Below are positions 1-10,500 of a stretch of DNA of 61,297 nucleotides, piece by piece. A model generated the notes under the pieces. It did not search any database. It worked only from the letters and a program-made list of their open reading frames with translations, and had not been told where the DNA came from. The stretch covers positions 1 through 61,297 of the forward strand of contig JAEWGS010000027.1 in the NCBI GenBank assembly GCA_023388205.1, given 5' to 3'. The DNA is from Bacillota bacterium (GTDB lineage Bacteria; Bacillota; Clostridia; Saccharofermentanales; Fastidiosipilaceae). Every line of letters begins with the position of its first letter. The stretch's first letter is position 1. Made by a program: the position numbers and the translations under genes.

Positions 1-1231
1 CAGTCGACAAGCCTTGTCGCGTTCCAACGCTAAAGTCCGCTACGGGATCAAACTTAGATTCAAAGAAAGAACGTGAAGAATGTCCTCGATCGGAACTGGG
101 TAAAGTTATTGCGTTATCGGGAGCACCCGTTGTCTTAGATACTGAATCATTTTCGGTGCGATAGTGATATGTAATATGACTATTTTGATTAATAATGTCA
201 GCAAGTTTCGCATACTCCATCGTATAAGGTGCTAACGGTGAAGCAGGAACTCTTGGAGATTGGAAAGTATAAATACCTTTGAGAGCCTGATTTGCCTTTT
301 TAGCTGAGTCATGCTGCATCAAATTTTCTTTTGTATAGCCATTTTCCGGGTCAGCATAGTAAGCACCCATAGATCGCACTGCAAAAATTTGAGCTAAATA
401 TCCGCCCAAAGAATGTCCCGTCACATAGAGATTTTGAATTTCCGGACGTGCCGCAAGTTCGTCAGCAACCTTTTGAGCAGAATCTGCTTGCCAGGGCCAA
501 CGTCCCAGACCAAGTTGTACGTCATTGGATACATCTGCTGAACCTGCTGTTCCACGAATCGCCAATACATAGGTGCCGGATTCATCTAAAAACGGCAAAC
601 TTTTGTTCGTATATTTGAATAAAACTGCATCGAAATCGTTGTCCAAGTGCCAGGTCTTATCGACTACCCAATAAGGTCCGAGCTCACGGTTCATCATCGC
701 ATACTCTTTGCGACCCTTAGTTTCACCACTCCCCTTGTAAAGCTCTTGATCTCTCAAAGGCTTAGGGTCAAGGACTCGATTGATATAGTCGTCATCTCGG
801 TAACAAAGCTCCATCATCATGATGGCATCACGCCCTGCCATATTCCACGCAAGCGGATTCGAATCCTCCTTATCTGTAAGACCATCACCGTCCGTATCTT
901 TCAGATAAGGATGAGACTTATAGTAAAGGTACGTTTTCCCGTCTTCCTCATATGTGAAGACCTCTTCAGAATTTTTCAAACCATCTTCATCATCGTCAGC
1001 ATCAGGATCAAGTGGATCTCTTCCCACTAAGGCACTTTCGACCTTACCTCCGGGTAATCTAATCTTCCCTTCTGAAATAGCTTTCGCATCTTCTGGGGTC
1101 AGAGGCTTCAGGTTTTTCGGCTGCGCAGCACGATTCTCCGCGTAGACCCGATGGACCGCCTTTGAATCAAAAGCGAGCAACACTTGAAAAATCAAGAGCA
1201 GCGCCAAAACTGAAGCAATGCGTTGTTTCAT
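1..1231 (-). CDS. Secreted class-3 lipase-like alpha/beta hydrolase (partial; C-terminus lies beyond the left window edge)
   Basis: Hand translation of the minus strand from ATG (1231-1229) stays open to position 1. It is absent from the ORF track because there is no stop in the window. N-terminus MKQRIASVLALLLIFQVLLAF looks like a signal peptide. It has a DTDGDGLTDKED calcium-binding-type motif and a lipase_3-like core with nucleophile elbow VTGHSLGGYLAQ. Confidence 0.7.
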   Translation of the reverse strand, partial: MKQRIASVLALLLIFQVLLAFDSKAVHRVYAENRAAQPKNLKPLTPEDAKAISEGKIRLPGGKVESALVGRDPLDPDADDDEDGLKNSEEVFTYEEDGKTYLYYKSHPYLKDTDGDGLTDKEDSNPLAWNMAGRDAIMMMELCYRDDDYINRVLDPKPLRDQELYKGSGETKGRKEYAMMNRELGPYWVVDKTWHLDNDFDAVLFKYTNKSLPFLDESGTYVLAIRGTAGSADVSNDVQLGLGRWPWQADSAQKVADELAARPEIQNLYVTGHSLGGYLAQIFAVRSMGAYYADPENGYTKENLMQHDSAKKANQALKGIYTFQSPRVPASPLAPYTMEYAKLADIINQNSHITYHYRTENDSVSKTTGAPDNAITLPSSDRGHSSRSFFESKFDPVADFSVGTRQGLST

Positions 1232-1454
1232 TTGATGAATGCGACTTAACTGATACACGTTTTTTCTCAATTCTATAATTTCAGAAGTGTCCTGAGATGG
1301 CAGCACACTTGAGTTTCAAGATTCCTGTGCCTTTTAAGGCAATTTAATTATATCGACCGCACTTGTCTCTTCGCAATAATAAAAAAATCGAGAAAACAAG
1401 CTTCATCTCATCATTTTTCGCTACTCTAGCCTCACTCTTCGCAGTCTAACTAAC

Positions 1455-1487
1455 TGAAAAAGCTCAGCCTCAAAGAGACTGAGCTTG
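1455..1487 (-). terminator. Rho-independent terminator downstream of pheT
   Basis: Inverted repeat AGCTCAG (1461-1467) / CTGAGCT (1479-1485). On the minus strand it is followed by a T-run (plus-strand AAAAA at 1456-1460). Confidence 0.6.
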
Positions 1488-1545
1488 TGTCATGTCCACT
1501 GATGGCCCTGAAACGCAGGGCTCAGGTTCTGGAATCTGGGCTTTT

Positions 1546-4005
1546 TCAGCCACGCAATACAGCACCCAATTCTTTGCTCAAGCGCTTCGCCAAGCGACGC
1601 AGCTCATGATCAATTTCTTCCATCGTTGCCTGCGCTTGATCCATTTTCAAAGTCATGCTGAAGTGAACGCTCTTTTTGCCTTCTGGAATCTGCGCCCCAC
1701 GATAAGCCTCAAGATAGGTCAAGGACAAAACTTGCGGCGACAAAACCCGTTCAAATTCAGACCAGGGAACTGACTCATCGACGAGCATGGACAGGTCCGC
1801 CTGCGGCGGGTCGGTCGCAGGAATCGCTTTGAAAGGGCCAACAGGATCATGCCCCAAAGTCAAAGCATCGAGGTTCATTTCAAACACGCACACCGCTTGT
1901 TTCTTAAGATCACAAAGCCGGTTAACTTTGGGCGACAAGAAAGCGAGGGTACCGACTATTTTCTCAGGCTGATCTTTGTGCACGATATTGAGCCACAGCT
2001 TAGGATCTGCATAAGCCGGCTTCTCGATCTGCCTAAAAGCCAGCGGCGAGACCCCCAGTTTTGAAAGGCCCTCGATCGTCCCCTTTGTCTCGCGCAGCAC
2101 CCGCTCAATCTGATCTAAACGAGTCAATTCAAGACCTGCGAGGTGATGCGGTTGAACGCGTTTCAGTTCGCCGCCTTCTGTATAAGCTGGTTCTTTAGTC
2201 GAAAAGACCTGAGTCAATTCACAAATTTTGAAATGGTCGAAGTGCTTCGCGTTTTTCTCCAAGGCTTCCAGCATGTTCGGCATGAGGCTTTGGCGCAACG
2301 CCTTCGTCTCTGGAGCAGGGGGCGCTTCAAGTTGCAAGGCTTCTTCAACAGATTCACCGCAAGCTTCCACATAGCGTTCATGCTGCCAAGGGAAACTAAA
2401 GATCTCCTGATAGCCGCGCTCGTAAGCCAGATATTCCAGCACACGACGTCTAAAATCAATCGCTGGATGCGAAACCGCTTGTTCGAGCAAAATTTGAGGC
2501 GCCTGAAAACTAAAGTGCTCATATCCCACCAAACGCGCGAGCTCTTCCAAAATATCGTAGGCTTCAGACACGTCGCCCGTCGAACGATAAGTCGGCACCT
2601 CGACGAGATAATGTCCCGCTTCCTTTTCTTGAACCCCAAAGCCCAGCGGCTCAAGTTTCTCTTTTAACAAGCCGAGGTTGACCTCTTTACCCATGCGCGC
2701 AGCTAAGAAGTGCTGATCACAATCGATGCAAATCTTCTTGGTCGGCGCCAAAAAGAGATCTGTATGCTGTGTCACTTTTGCTTCAGGGAAAATTTCTGGA
2801 AGAAGCGTCAGGGTCAAAGCCAAAGCCTGATCCACACGTTCCGGATCAATCGCTTTTTCGAAACGAGACGAAGCATCGGTTCTCACGCCATAGCGCTGCT
2901 GTGTGCGACGAACCCCCGTCGACTCAAAATGAGCCGCTTCCAAAACAATCGCTCGCGTATCTTCAAGCACAGAGTCTTTGAGGCCACCCATGACCCCGGC
3001 CAGAGCCATCGCCTCCTGTTCTCCCGCGATCACCAAATCATCCGTTTGCAACTTCAACTCACGGTCATCGAGCAAGCGCAAAACTTCCTGATCCTTCGCT
3101 TGGCGCACAAAAAGCAAGCCGTTCACGCTGCGACGATCGAAGGCATGGGTCGGCTGTCCACTTGCAAGCATCACATAATTCGTCAGATCGACTAGCGCAT
3201 TGATCGGACGCTGACCACAGAGGCTCAATCTTTTTTGCATCCAAAACGGCGCAGGTTTAACTTCCACCCCTTCAATCACCGTCGCTGTATAACGTGCTGA
3301 GCGCTTTTCGCTCTCGATTTTAACTTCAAAGTCACAGGCGTCTTTGGGTAATTCAAACTCAGGCAAAGCCTTGAGCGGACGCTCATAAATCGCTGCAAGC
3401 TCACGAGCCAAACCGTAATGCCCCCAAAGATCCGGGCGATGCGTCATCGACTTGTTGTCAATTTCCAAAATCACATCATCGAGGCCCAACACTTCTGAGA
3501 TGGCAGCTCCGGGCTTAAGGCGCGACGCTTCCTCCGAATCTTCGGATAAGCGTTCACTTAAATCTACGATCTCATGTTCCTCTAATGCCGGGAAAAGCCC
3601 ATCTAAGCCGACCTCTTCAGCGCCGCAAATCATGCCGTCTGATGCCACACCGCGCAGCTTACCTGCCTTGATCGTCACGGGATCGCCTTCACCATGCCAG
3701 ACCACCACAGCTCCAGGTTGAGCCAAAACCACGTAGTGACCTAACTCCAGGTTTGATCCGCCACAGACAACCTGAACCGGCGCCTCAGCGCCCACGTCGA
3801 GCTGACACACACGCAGGCGATCTGCATTGGGGTGGGCTTCAACTGAAATAATTTTTGCAGCGACCACCTGTTTGAGCGCGTCGGCGGGATTTTCATAACC
3901 CTCCACCTCAACCGTTCTCATGGTCAGCGTGTGCGCCAGTTGTTTCATATCGAGATCTTGCGGCAAATCCACATAGTCTCGAATCCAATTCAAAGATAAT
4001 TTCAT
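1546..4005 (-). CDS. pheT: Phenylalanine--tRNA ligase beta subunit
   Basis: 819-aa ORF with the typical N-terminus MKLSLNWIRDYVDL and a tRNA-binding-domain-like region. Its length and position, 27 bp downstream of pheS, fit PheT. Confidence 0.96.
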   Translation of the reverse strand: MKLSLNWIRDYVDLPQDLDMKQLAHTLTMRTVEVEGYENPADALKQVVAAKIISVEAHPNADRLRVCQLDVGAEAPVQVVCGGSNLELGHYVVLAQPGAVVVWHGEGDPVTIKAGKLRGVASDGMICGAEEVGLDGLFPALEEHEIVDLSERLSEDSEEASRLKPGAAISEVLGLDDVILEIDNKSMTHRPDLWGHYGLARELAAIYERPLKALPEFELPKDACDFEVKIESEKRSARYTATVIEGVEVKPAPFWMQKRLSLCGQRPINALVDLTNYVMLASGQPTHAFDRRSVNGLLFVRQAKDQEVLRLLDDRELKLQTDDLVIAGEQEAMALAGVMGGLKDSVLEDTRAIVLEAAHFESTGVRRTQQRYGVRTDASSRFEKAIDPERVDQALALTLTLLPEIFPEAKVTQHTDLFLAPTKKICIDCDQHFLAARMGKEVNLGLLKEKLEPLGFGVQEKEAGHYLVEVPTYRSTGDVSEAYDILEELARLVGYEHFSFQAPQILLEQAVSHPAIDFRRRVLEYLAYERGYQEIFSFPWQHERYVEACGESVEEALQLEAPPAPETKALRQSLMPNMLEALEKNAKHFDHFKICELTQVFSTKEPAYTEGGELKRVQPHHLAGLELTRLDQIERVLRETKGTIEGLSKLGVSPLAFRQIEKPAYADPKLWLNIVHKDQPEKIVGTLAFLSPKVNRLCDLKKQAVCVFEMNLDALTLGHDPVGPFKAIPATDPPQADLSMLVDESVPWSEFERVLSPQVLSLTYLEAYRGAQIPEGKKSVHFSMTLKMDQAQATMEEIDHELRRLAKRLSKELGAVLRG

Positions 4006-4032
4006 AGCGTGCTCTCTCCTCTACTCAAAGGC

Positions 4033-5070
4033 TCAGCTCAACTGTTTCAAGAAACGCAAGTCGCCCGAGGTGAAATAGCGCACATCGTCGACACCATAAC
4101 GCATCATCACGAGGCGATCGAGACCGATGTCGATGTAAAAGCCGGTCCATTCGTAAGGATCCAGACCCGCAGCTTTGAGCACATTCGGGTGCGGCGTCCC
4201 TCCTGGCATCACTTCGATCCAGCCGACATTTTTACACACACGGCAGCCCTTGCCTTGGCAAACCTGGCACTTCATATCAATCTCAAAACCCGGCTCAACA
4301 AAGGGGAAAAAGCCCGCGCGCATGCGCACGTCCACTTCTCTGCCAAAGACCTTTTCTAAAATTGTTTTAACGAGGAGAAGTCCTGATGAAAAACTGAAGT
4401 CACGGTCGACGATCAGTGCTTCATACTGGAAAAAGCCTCGATCATGTCCCGCGTCGGTCGTTTCGTTCCGATACACGCGGCCCGGGTAAACAAAGCGAGC
4501 CGGAGCCCCAGATTCCATCAATTTGCGCACCGATGCGCCCGTCAAATGCGGACGCAAACACAAACGCTGTCCGGGATCATCCGAATGACAGCCCGCGAGC
4601 CAATACGTATCCATCGATTCGCGCGCCGGATGCCCTGGCGGAAAATTCAAGTGGTCAAAAGCAAAGAGCTCTGAGCTCAAAATATCTTCTTCGAAAATTT
4701 CAAAATTCAGCGAGCGAAAGGCATCATTCAGGTCGTAACACATTTGGGTCACAGGATGCAGTCCGCCGCGTTCGGTCTCTAGACTCGGCAAGCTCAGATC
4801 TAGATGATCCTCAAGCAGAGACTCTTGATCCAAAAGCTCCTGCTCCCTGTCGTTAAAGCAGCGCTCAAGTTCTTCCTTGAGTGTGTTCGCAAAAGCCCCG
4901 ATTTCACGGCGGCTTTCCACATCCATCCCTGCCAGACCTTTGAGGACTGCGGTGAGCGCACCTTTTTTACCTAAATAATGGCGCTTCAATTCAGCTAAGT
5001 CCCCCGGTTTTTGGGCCTGAGCAAGCGCTTCTATCGCCTCTTCACGTATGCGCTTGAGTTCTCCTTGCAT
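4033..5070 (-). CDS. pheS: Phenylalanine--tRNA ligase alpha subunit
   Basis: 345 aa with class-II aaRS motifs (FPPGHPARESMDTYW, GRVYRNE, GLDRLVMMRYGVDDVR). Sits immediately upstream of pheT. Confidence 0.96.
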   Translation of the reverse strand: MQGELKRIREEAIEALAQAQKPGDLAELKRHYLGKKGALTAVLKGLAGMDVESRREIGAFANTLKEELERCFNDREQELLDQESLLEDHLDLSLPSLETERGGLHPVTQMCYDLNDAFRSLNFEIFEEDILSSELFAFDHLNFPPGHPARESMDTYWLAGCHSDDPGQRLCLRPHLTGASVRKLMESGAPARFVYPGRVYRNETTDAGHDRGFFQYEALIVDRDFSFSSGLLLVKTILEKVFGREVDVRMRAGFFPFVEPGFEIDMKCQVCQGKGCRVCKNVGWIEVMPGGTPHPNVLKAAGLDPYEWTGFYIDIGLDRLVMMRYGVDDVRYFTSGDLRFLKQLS

Positions 5071-5139
5071 AAGCTCCCCTTAACTTTTTTGATCGTTTCT
5101 TGCGATCTTCTTGATCTCGACCCCTTATTTTAGCGGAAA

Positions 5140-6396
5140 TTAATTTAAGGAAAATGAGCCAAAGTCCGCTCCGATCTCCAAAATCGCCGCCTGATACGCG
5201 TCTTCAGTTTCTTGATCCATGGCAATGTGTCCCCCATCTGGGATCATTTGTAGGTGAGCTTCACCACCTTGCTGAGCCCAGGTCTTGGCCAGATCGTAGG
5301 CCGCTTTGGGCGGACACATCATGTCAATTTCACCTTGTACGAGATAAAGTTTTTTCCCTTTAAGTATCTCGGGCTGAGTCTCGGCCAAAGCCGCCAAGCG
5401 AGGCAAAATCCCCTGTTTCATGAAACAGTGATGACTGAAATAGTGCAAAGCAATCCTACTGCCGCGCTGCTGAGCGAGATGTTCTTCTTCATCCAAAGCG
5501 CCAAAACAAGGTCCGTCGAGTTGTTGTCCCAAATCGGTCATCGCAAGCAGACGCAAATCCCAGCGGCGAAAGGCAGCTCCTATTTTGTCCGCATCCGGAC
5601 TCGTCTCGATCAATCGTGCATAGCTTTGAATATGAGACTCGCCCGCTTGGCTTTTGCCCTCTAACGGTGCCAAAAATTTTTCGTAGGCTTCTGGGAAAAA
5701 GCAGCCCGCACCGCCTTCATAAGTCCAGTTCAACTCTTCTTCAGAACCCAAAAATATGGCTCGAAGCACCAGGCCCAAAATACGATCCGGCCGCGCCAAA
5801 AACAAGTTCAAAGCCAAAGTTGACCCCCATGAAGCTCCAACAAGATAAAATCGCTCTATCCCCAGTTCATCCATCAAGGCAAAGGCATCTTCAACCAAAT
5901 CCTCTGTCGTATTCTGCTCCAAAAGCTGTTCGTAACGACTCTGGCCACAGCCTCTTTGATCAAAGACAATCACATGGTGCTTTTCGAGATCAAAGCGCTC
6001 CGCATTATAAGGGTTGCAACAATCGCCAGGCCCCCCATGAAGAAGGAGGTAAGGCGTTCCCTCAGCCTGACCAAATTCAGCATAAAAAATAGAGTGCCCG
6101 CCCGGTCGCTTGAGATAACCCTTGTGAAAAGGTCTAGGTTCTCCCGATGCAGGGCAACTTTCTTGGTGCTCGTGATGGTCTATCGGCGCATTTGAATGGA
6201 TTTCACCGTGCGCTTTCGCCGCTGCCTCTTCATGAATGCCACAGCTACATTCAGATGCTTTTTGAATATGCAAAGCCTCCGCCAGCTGCCTCCCTTTTTC
6301 AAACAAATTCAACTCTCGATCAATATATAAATGTCCTGAACCCACAATTCTCTTTCCTTCCTGTTCCCTTCTGAATCGAATAAGCTCACGTTCCAT
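5140..6396 (-). CDS. Proline iminopeptidase-family alpha/beta hydrolase with ~90-aa N-terminal extension
   Basis: Motifs LLLHGGPGDCC, FDQRGCGQS and nucleophile elbow GASWGSTLAL match the prolyl aminopeptidase family. The first ~90 residues are extra and His/Cys-rich (CSCGIHEE, HHEHQESC). Confidence 0.8.
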   Translation of the reverse strand: MERELIRFRREQEGKRIVGSGHLYIDRELNLFEKGRQLAEALHIQKASECSCGIHEEAAAKAHGEIHSNAPIDHHEHQESCPASGEPRPFHKGYLKRPGGHSIFYAEFGQAEGTPYLLLHGGPGDCCNPYNAERFDLEKHHVIVFDQRGCGQSRYEQLLEQNTTEDLVEDAFALMDELGIERFYLVGASWGSTLALNLFLARPDRILGLVLRAIFLGSEEELNWTYEGGAGCFFPEAYEKFLAPLEGKSQAGESHIQSYARLIETSPDADKIGAAFRRWDLRLLAMTDLGQQLDGPCFGALDEEEHLAQQRGSRIALHYFSHHCFMKQGILPRLAALAETQPEILKGKKLYLVQGEIDMMCPPKAAYDLAKTWAQQGGEAHLQMIPDGGHIAMDQETEDAYQAAILEIGADFGSFSLN

Positions 6397-6552
6397 GCTG
6401 AAGTAAATCAGCTCGCAATAAACGAGATTTTCTCTCGCAAAGAGCGCGGCACATCGCAGCTTTTGCTTTCTTTAACTAAAATACATGATGTGGCAAATCA
6501 ATAGGACAAAGCGCATCCTTGATTAAGATACAAAAGAAACAGGGAGATCAAC

Positions 6553-7407
6553 ATGGAACTGCTTATCGTCAGCGGTATGAGCGGATCAGGTAAAAGTAAG
6601 GCGATCCAAATTCTTGAAGATATCGGCTTTTTCTGTGTCGATAACGTCCCGCCCCCCATGATTTCAAAATTCTCCGAACTTATGGAGCGCGCCGATGGAG
6701 GCTTTCAGAAAATGGCGCTTGTCGTCGATGCGAGAGGCGGCATGCTGGATCAATTTATCAGCGTGAGCGAAGAACTCAAGGAACATGGGGTGTCTTTCAA
6801 ACTTTTGTATTTAGATGCAGATGACGCCGTCTTACTTCGCCGCTACAAAGAGCAGCGCCGACGCCATCCACTCGCGGATCGCGTCGAAGGAAATCTCGAA
6901 GAAGCCATCAGTTTGGAGCGTCTTTTGCTCATCCCAATTCGTCAAAGAGCCGACTACGTCTTAGACAGCAGCGACACCTCTGTTCAAGAACTTGGTGAGC
7001 TCATTCGCAATATTTTTTCAGAAAACTGCAATCAAGATATGCTCATCCGCATTGTGAGTTTTGGCTATAAAAATGGACTGCCCAAAGAAGCTGATCTCGT
7101 CTTCGATCTACGCTGTCTGCGCAATCCTTTTTACGTGCCGGAGCTTCGAGATAAAACGGGCCTGACGCCTGAAATTCAAGATTATGTCATGAATAATAGC
7201 GAAAGCGCGGCTTTCTGGACGCACCTGACTGGACTGATTGATTTCTTGCTGCCTCTCTACCGACGCGAAGGCAAAAGTCAGCTCGTCATCGCTTTGGGCT
7301 GCACAGGGGGCAAACACCGTTCCGTCACACTCGCAGATCGCCTCGGTCGTTATCTAAAGGCTCAGGATCTTAAAATCAATCTGCGCCACCGTGATATCAA
7401 TCGCTAA
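6553..7407 (+). CDS. rapZ: RNase adapter / nucleotide-binding protein RapZ (YvcJ family)
   Basis: 284 aa with N-terminal P-loop GMSGSGKSKA and C-terminal LGCTGGKHRSV motif. GGAG lies upstream of the ATG. Confidence 0.9.
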   Translation: MELLIVSGMSGSGKSKAIQILEDIGFFCVDNVPPPMISKFSELMERADGGFQKMALVVDARGGMLDQFISVSEELKEHGVSFKLLYLDADDAVLLRRYKEQRRRHPLADRVEGNLEEAISLERLLLIPIRQRADYVLDSSDTSVQELGELIRNIFSENCNQDMLIRIVSFGYKNGLPKEADLVFDLRCLRNPFYVPELRDKTGLTPEIQDYVMNNSESAAFWTHLTGLIDFLLPLYRREGKSQLVIALGCTGGKHRSVTLADRLGRYLKAQDLKINLRHRDINR

Positions 7408-7450
7408 ATAGCTCGACCATCAGCGCCTTAATTCAATCTAAAAAACGAGC

Positions 7451-7495
7451 AATAAAAAGACCGCCGCGGTGATCTCAAAAATCACCACGACGGTC
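7451..7495 (-). terminator. Rho-independent terminator for the GH38 gene (minus-strand RNA)
   Basis: 15-bp arms at 7459-7473 and 7481-7495. On the minus-strand RNA the two non-Watson-Crick positions are G-U pairs, and the stem is followed by CTTTTTATT. On the plus strand the same positions are C-A mismatches. Confidence 0.65.
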
Positions 7496-7525
7496 AAGCG
7501 AAGCCAATCGCCTCACAAGCCCTGC

Positions 7526-7585
7526 TTAGTAGCGCTCGGCTTAGCGGCGCTTGGCCTAGTAGCGCTCGGCTTAGCGGCGCTTGGC
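7526..7585 (-). repeat. Tandem 30-bp duplication (four related 15-mers) spanning the GH38 stop codon
   Basis: 7526-7555 and 7556-7585 differ at one base. Each half reads GCC(A/G)AGCGC(C/T)(G/A)CTA(A/G) on the minus strand, i.e. A-x-R-x-stop. Confidence 0.9.
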
Positions 7586-10500
7586 CATAAATGTCTTGAT
7601 CTCAAAGGGCTTAATATCAAAGTGATACAAGCCTTCGCCCCCTTCAAGCTGCGTCTGCTCCTTTTCCTCTTGAGAAAGCGGGCGTTCGGTCAAATCCACC
7701 TCCTCGAAGGACGTGTAATCTCCACTCAGGCTCAAGCTTGCCCGCGCACGGCGGCCATGGGCTTCATAGACACGAATAATATCCGCATCAAGATCTTCAT
7801 GTGCCTTAACCACTTCGACCACGACGTTTTCGGTCTGACTCTCAGCCAAACTCAAATAGTTCGGCACGACTGTTGCGTCTTTGGCAAGCCACAAAACCTC
7901 TGACGGATTGTTCAGATCGTAGGCTGCGTCAATGATGTGCTTTTCACGGTAATCACCCGTATGCGGACGCAAAGAGTACACGAAGTGGTGCATCTCGATA
8001 TCCGCATCCGGATAAGGATCAACGCCCGCTTTGAGCATCGTCAGGCCGATCTCTTGTTCGTGAATCCCCACACCAAATTTGCTGTCATTTAACACAGCCA
8101 GTCCATAACCATATTCAGAGAAATCAAGCCACTTGTGGCAGCACACTTCAAAGCGCGCGCGATCCCAACTGGTGTTATAGTGCGTCTTTCGCGTCACATG
8201 GCCGTATTGAATCTCGTAGGTTGCCTCGTTGCTGTGAATATCTACAGGGAAATACAATTTGAGCATCTGCTGGTGCTCTTTCCAATCCACATCGTGCACC
8301 AAGTCCACACGTGCCTCGTTGTGATACAGGTAGACCGTCTGCTCAAGCAAGGATTCCTGATAAAGGTAGCGCAACTTCAAGGCCGTACGAATCGGGCCAT
8401 CTTCAATGAGCGTCGCGGATTCAAGCTCGTCGACTTCCCAGAATTTTTCTTTGTAATAAGCGTTCAGGTCCCATGCGTCAAAAGCGTGCGGCTTTGTCTG
8501 GTGGCTGACGATGCGATTGCCTTTTCGACCTTTGAGGATAAGTTCGCGCCCCTCTTTTTGATCATAGAGAGAATCAAAGCGACCCTTCGCATCGAAGTCA
8601 ATATGCAGATAATCGTTTTCAAGCGTATAAGGAAGCTGGATATTCTGCGGCGTAAAGGGCTCTACCTCACCAACTTCTTCCACCTTGAAACGCATAAAGC
8701 CCTTGCTCGGCAATTCATCAATCAAGCAAATCCACTGTCCTTGATAGGTCCGCTGAATGGGGTAACGCTTCGCTTCTAAGCCGTCATGCGGCACGAGTGC
8801 CACCGCTTCATAGCTGCGCTTGGCATCCAAAACACCCTGACCTTCGCCCAGATTCACTTCGTGGACGCTATGGCTGTCGTTGTAGTGGAAAAGCAAAAAT
8901 TCTCCGCAGCTCTGGCCGGCCTGCGCCTGCCCCATCGCGTCAAAAATCTTCGCCTTCATGCGATCGATGTCCGCAAAAAGCTGCAGGTATTCTCTCTTCG
9001 AGTCATCATATACTTGACCGATCGAAGACCCTGGCAAAATATCGTGGAACTGGTTGCGAAGCACAACGCGCCAGAGCAAACGAATTTCTTCATGGGGATA
9101 AGGGATCTTACAGAAGCGCTCCGCCATCACACAGAGAGACTCGAGGTTCGCAAGCGCAAATTCAGCTTTGCGATTCCAGCGCTTATTCCTCGCCATAGAG
9201 GTTAAAGTCGCGCGGTGATATTCAAAATAAAGTTCTCCGTCCCATACGGGCAGGGTCTTTTTCCCTTTGACTTCTTCAGCTAATTCATCAAAAAAGCGAC
9301 GCGCCGTTGAAAATTCCACGCGAGGCAGACCGTTAATGCCCTTTTTCATTCGACGACCGCGCTCAATCATCTCAGGCGTCGTACCGCCGCCGCCGTCGCC
9401 CCAACCGTAGCTCATGAGTACAGAATTGTTGAGTTCCTTGTTGCCATAACGCTGCCAAGCACCCTTGACCTGCGTCTCGTTCAACATCGCGTTATAGGTT
9501 GTAAACGTCCCCACTTCCGTTGGGAAAAGCTCACCCAAACGGCTGTATTCACGCGACGGTGAAAAATGTGTCAAGACGCGAGACCCATCAATGCCCTGCC
9601 ATTCAAAAGTATCACAGGGCATACGGTTGGTATCATTCCAAGCAATTTTGGTCGTCATGAAATAGTCCATGCCCGACTTCTTGATGATCTGAGGCAAGGC
9701 GGCCGAATAGCCAAACACGTCAGGCAGCCAGAGAATTTTATTCTCTTTGTTAAAGTGCTCACGGAAAAAGCGCAGGCCATAGAGGAACTGGCGCACCAGC
9801 CCTTCACCCGAAGTGAGATTACAGTCGGCCTCCAGCCACATGCCCCCTTCAACTTCCCAGCGGCCTTCTGCGACGCGCTTCTTGATTTCTTCAAAAAGTT
9901 CTGGCGCTTGTTCGAGCACATACTGATACAGCTGCGGCTGACTGGACATAAAGATGTAATCATCATATTCACGCATCAGCTGAATGACCGTCGAAAAGCT
10001 TCGAACCGCTTTATCCCTTGTCGTCAAGAGCGGCCAAAGCCAAGCGACGTCAATATGGGTATGTCCGACGGCCTTGACGACCGGCAATTTGCTCGCATCA
10101 CAATACTGATCGTAATAGCCTTCTTTAAGTTGCTTAGATGCAGCTCTCAGGCCCTCAAAAAAGGCCTCACTGTAAGGCTTTCTCAAATCCAAGCAATTGA
10201 CCGCATCATTGATCGCGTGGATCGATTCTAAATATTCTTTCGAATCCGGGTTGAGGAGTTCCAAGGTGCGGTAAGGCACACTCATATCCCAATAAAAAGC
10301 TTCGATCTCAGACTCACGAGGTGTCAAAGCCACACGCATGGTCAAACGACGGCCGTCATCTTCCCCGCTATAAGCGCGCAGAGACATCCGATGCACGCCT
10401 TTGAGATCTTCCGGCAACAAAGTGACATAACGATGGTTCGTGTCCAAAGCCTGGCGAATTTTGCCATCGACATAGACCGTAAACTGAGGATTCGTCGCTT

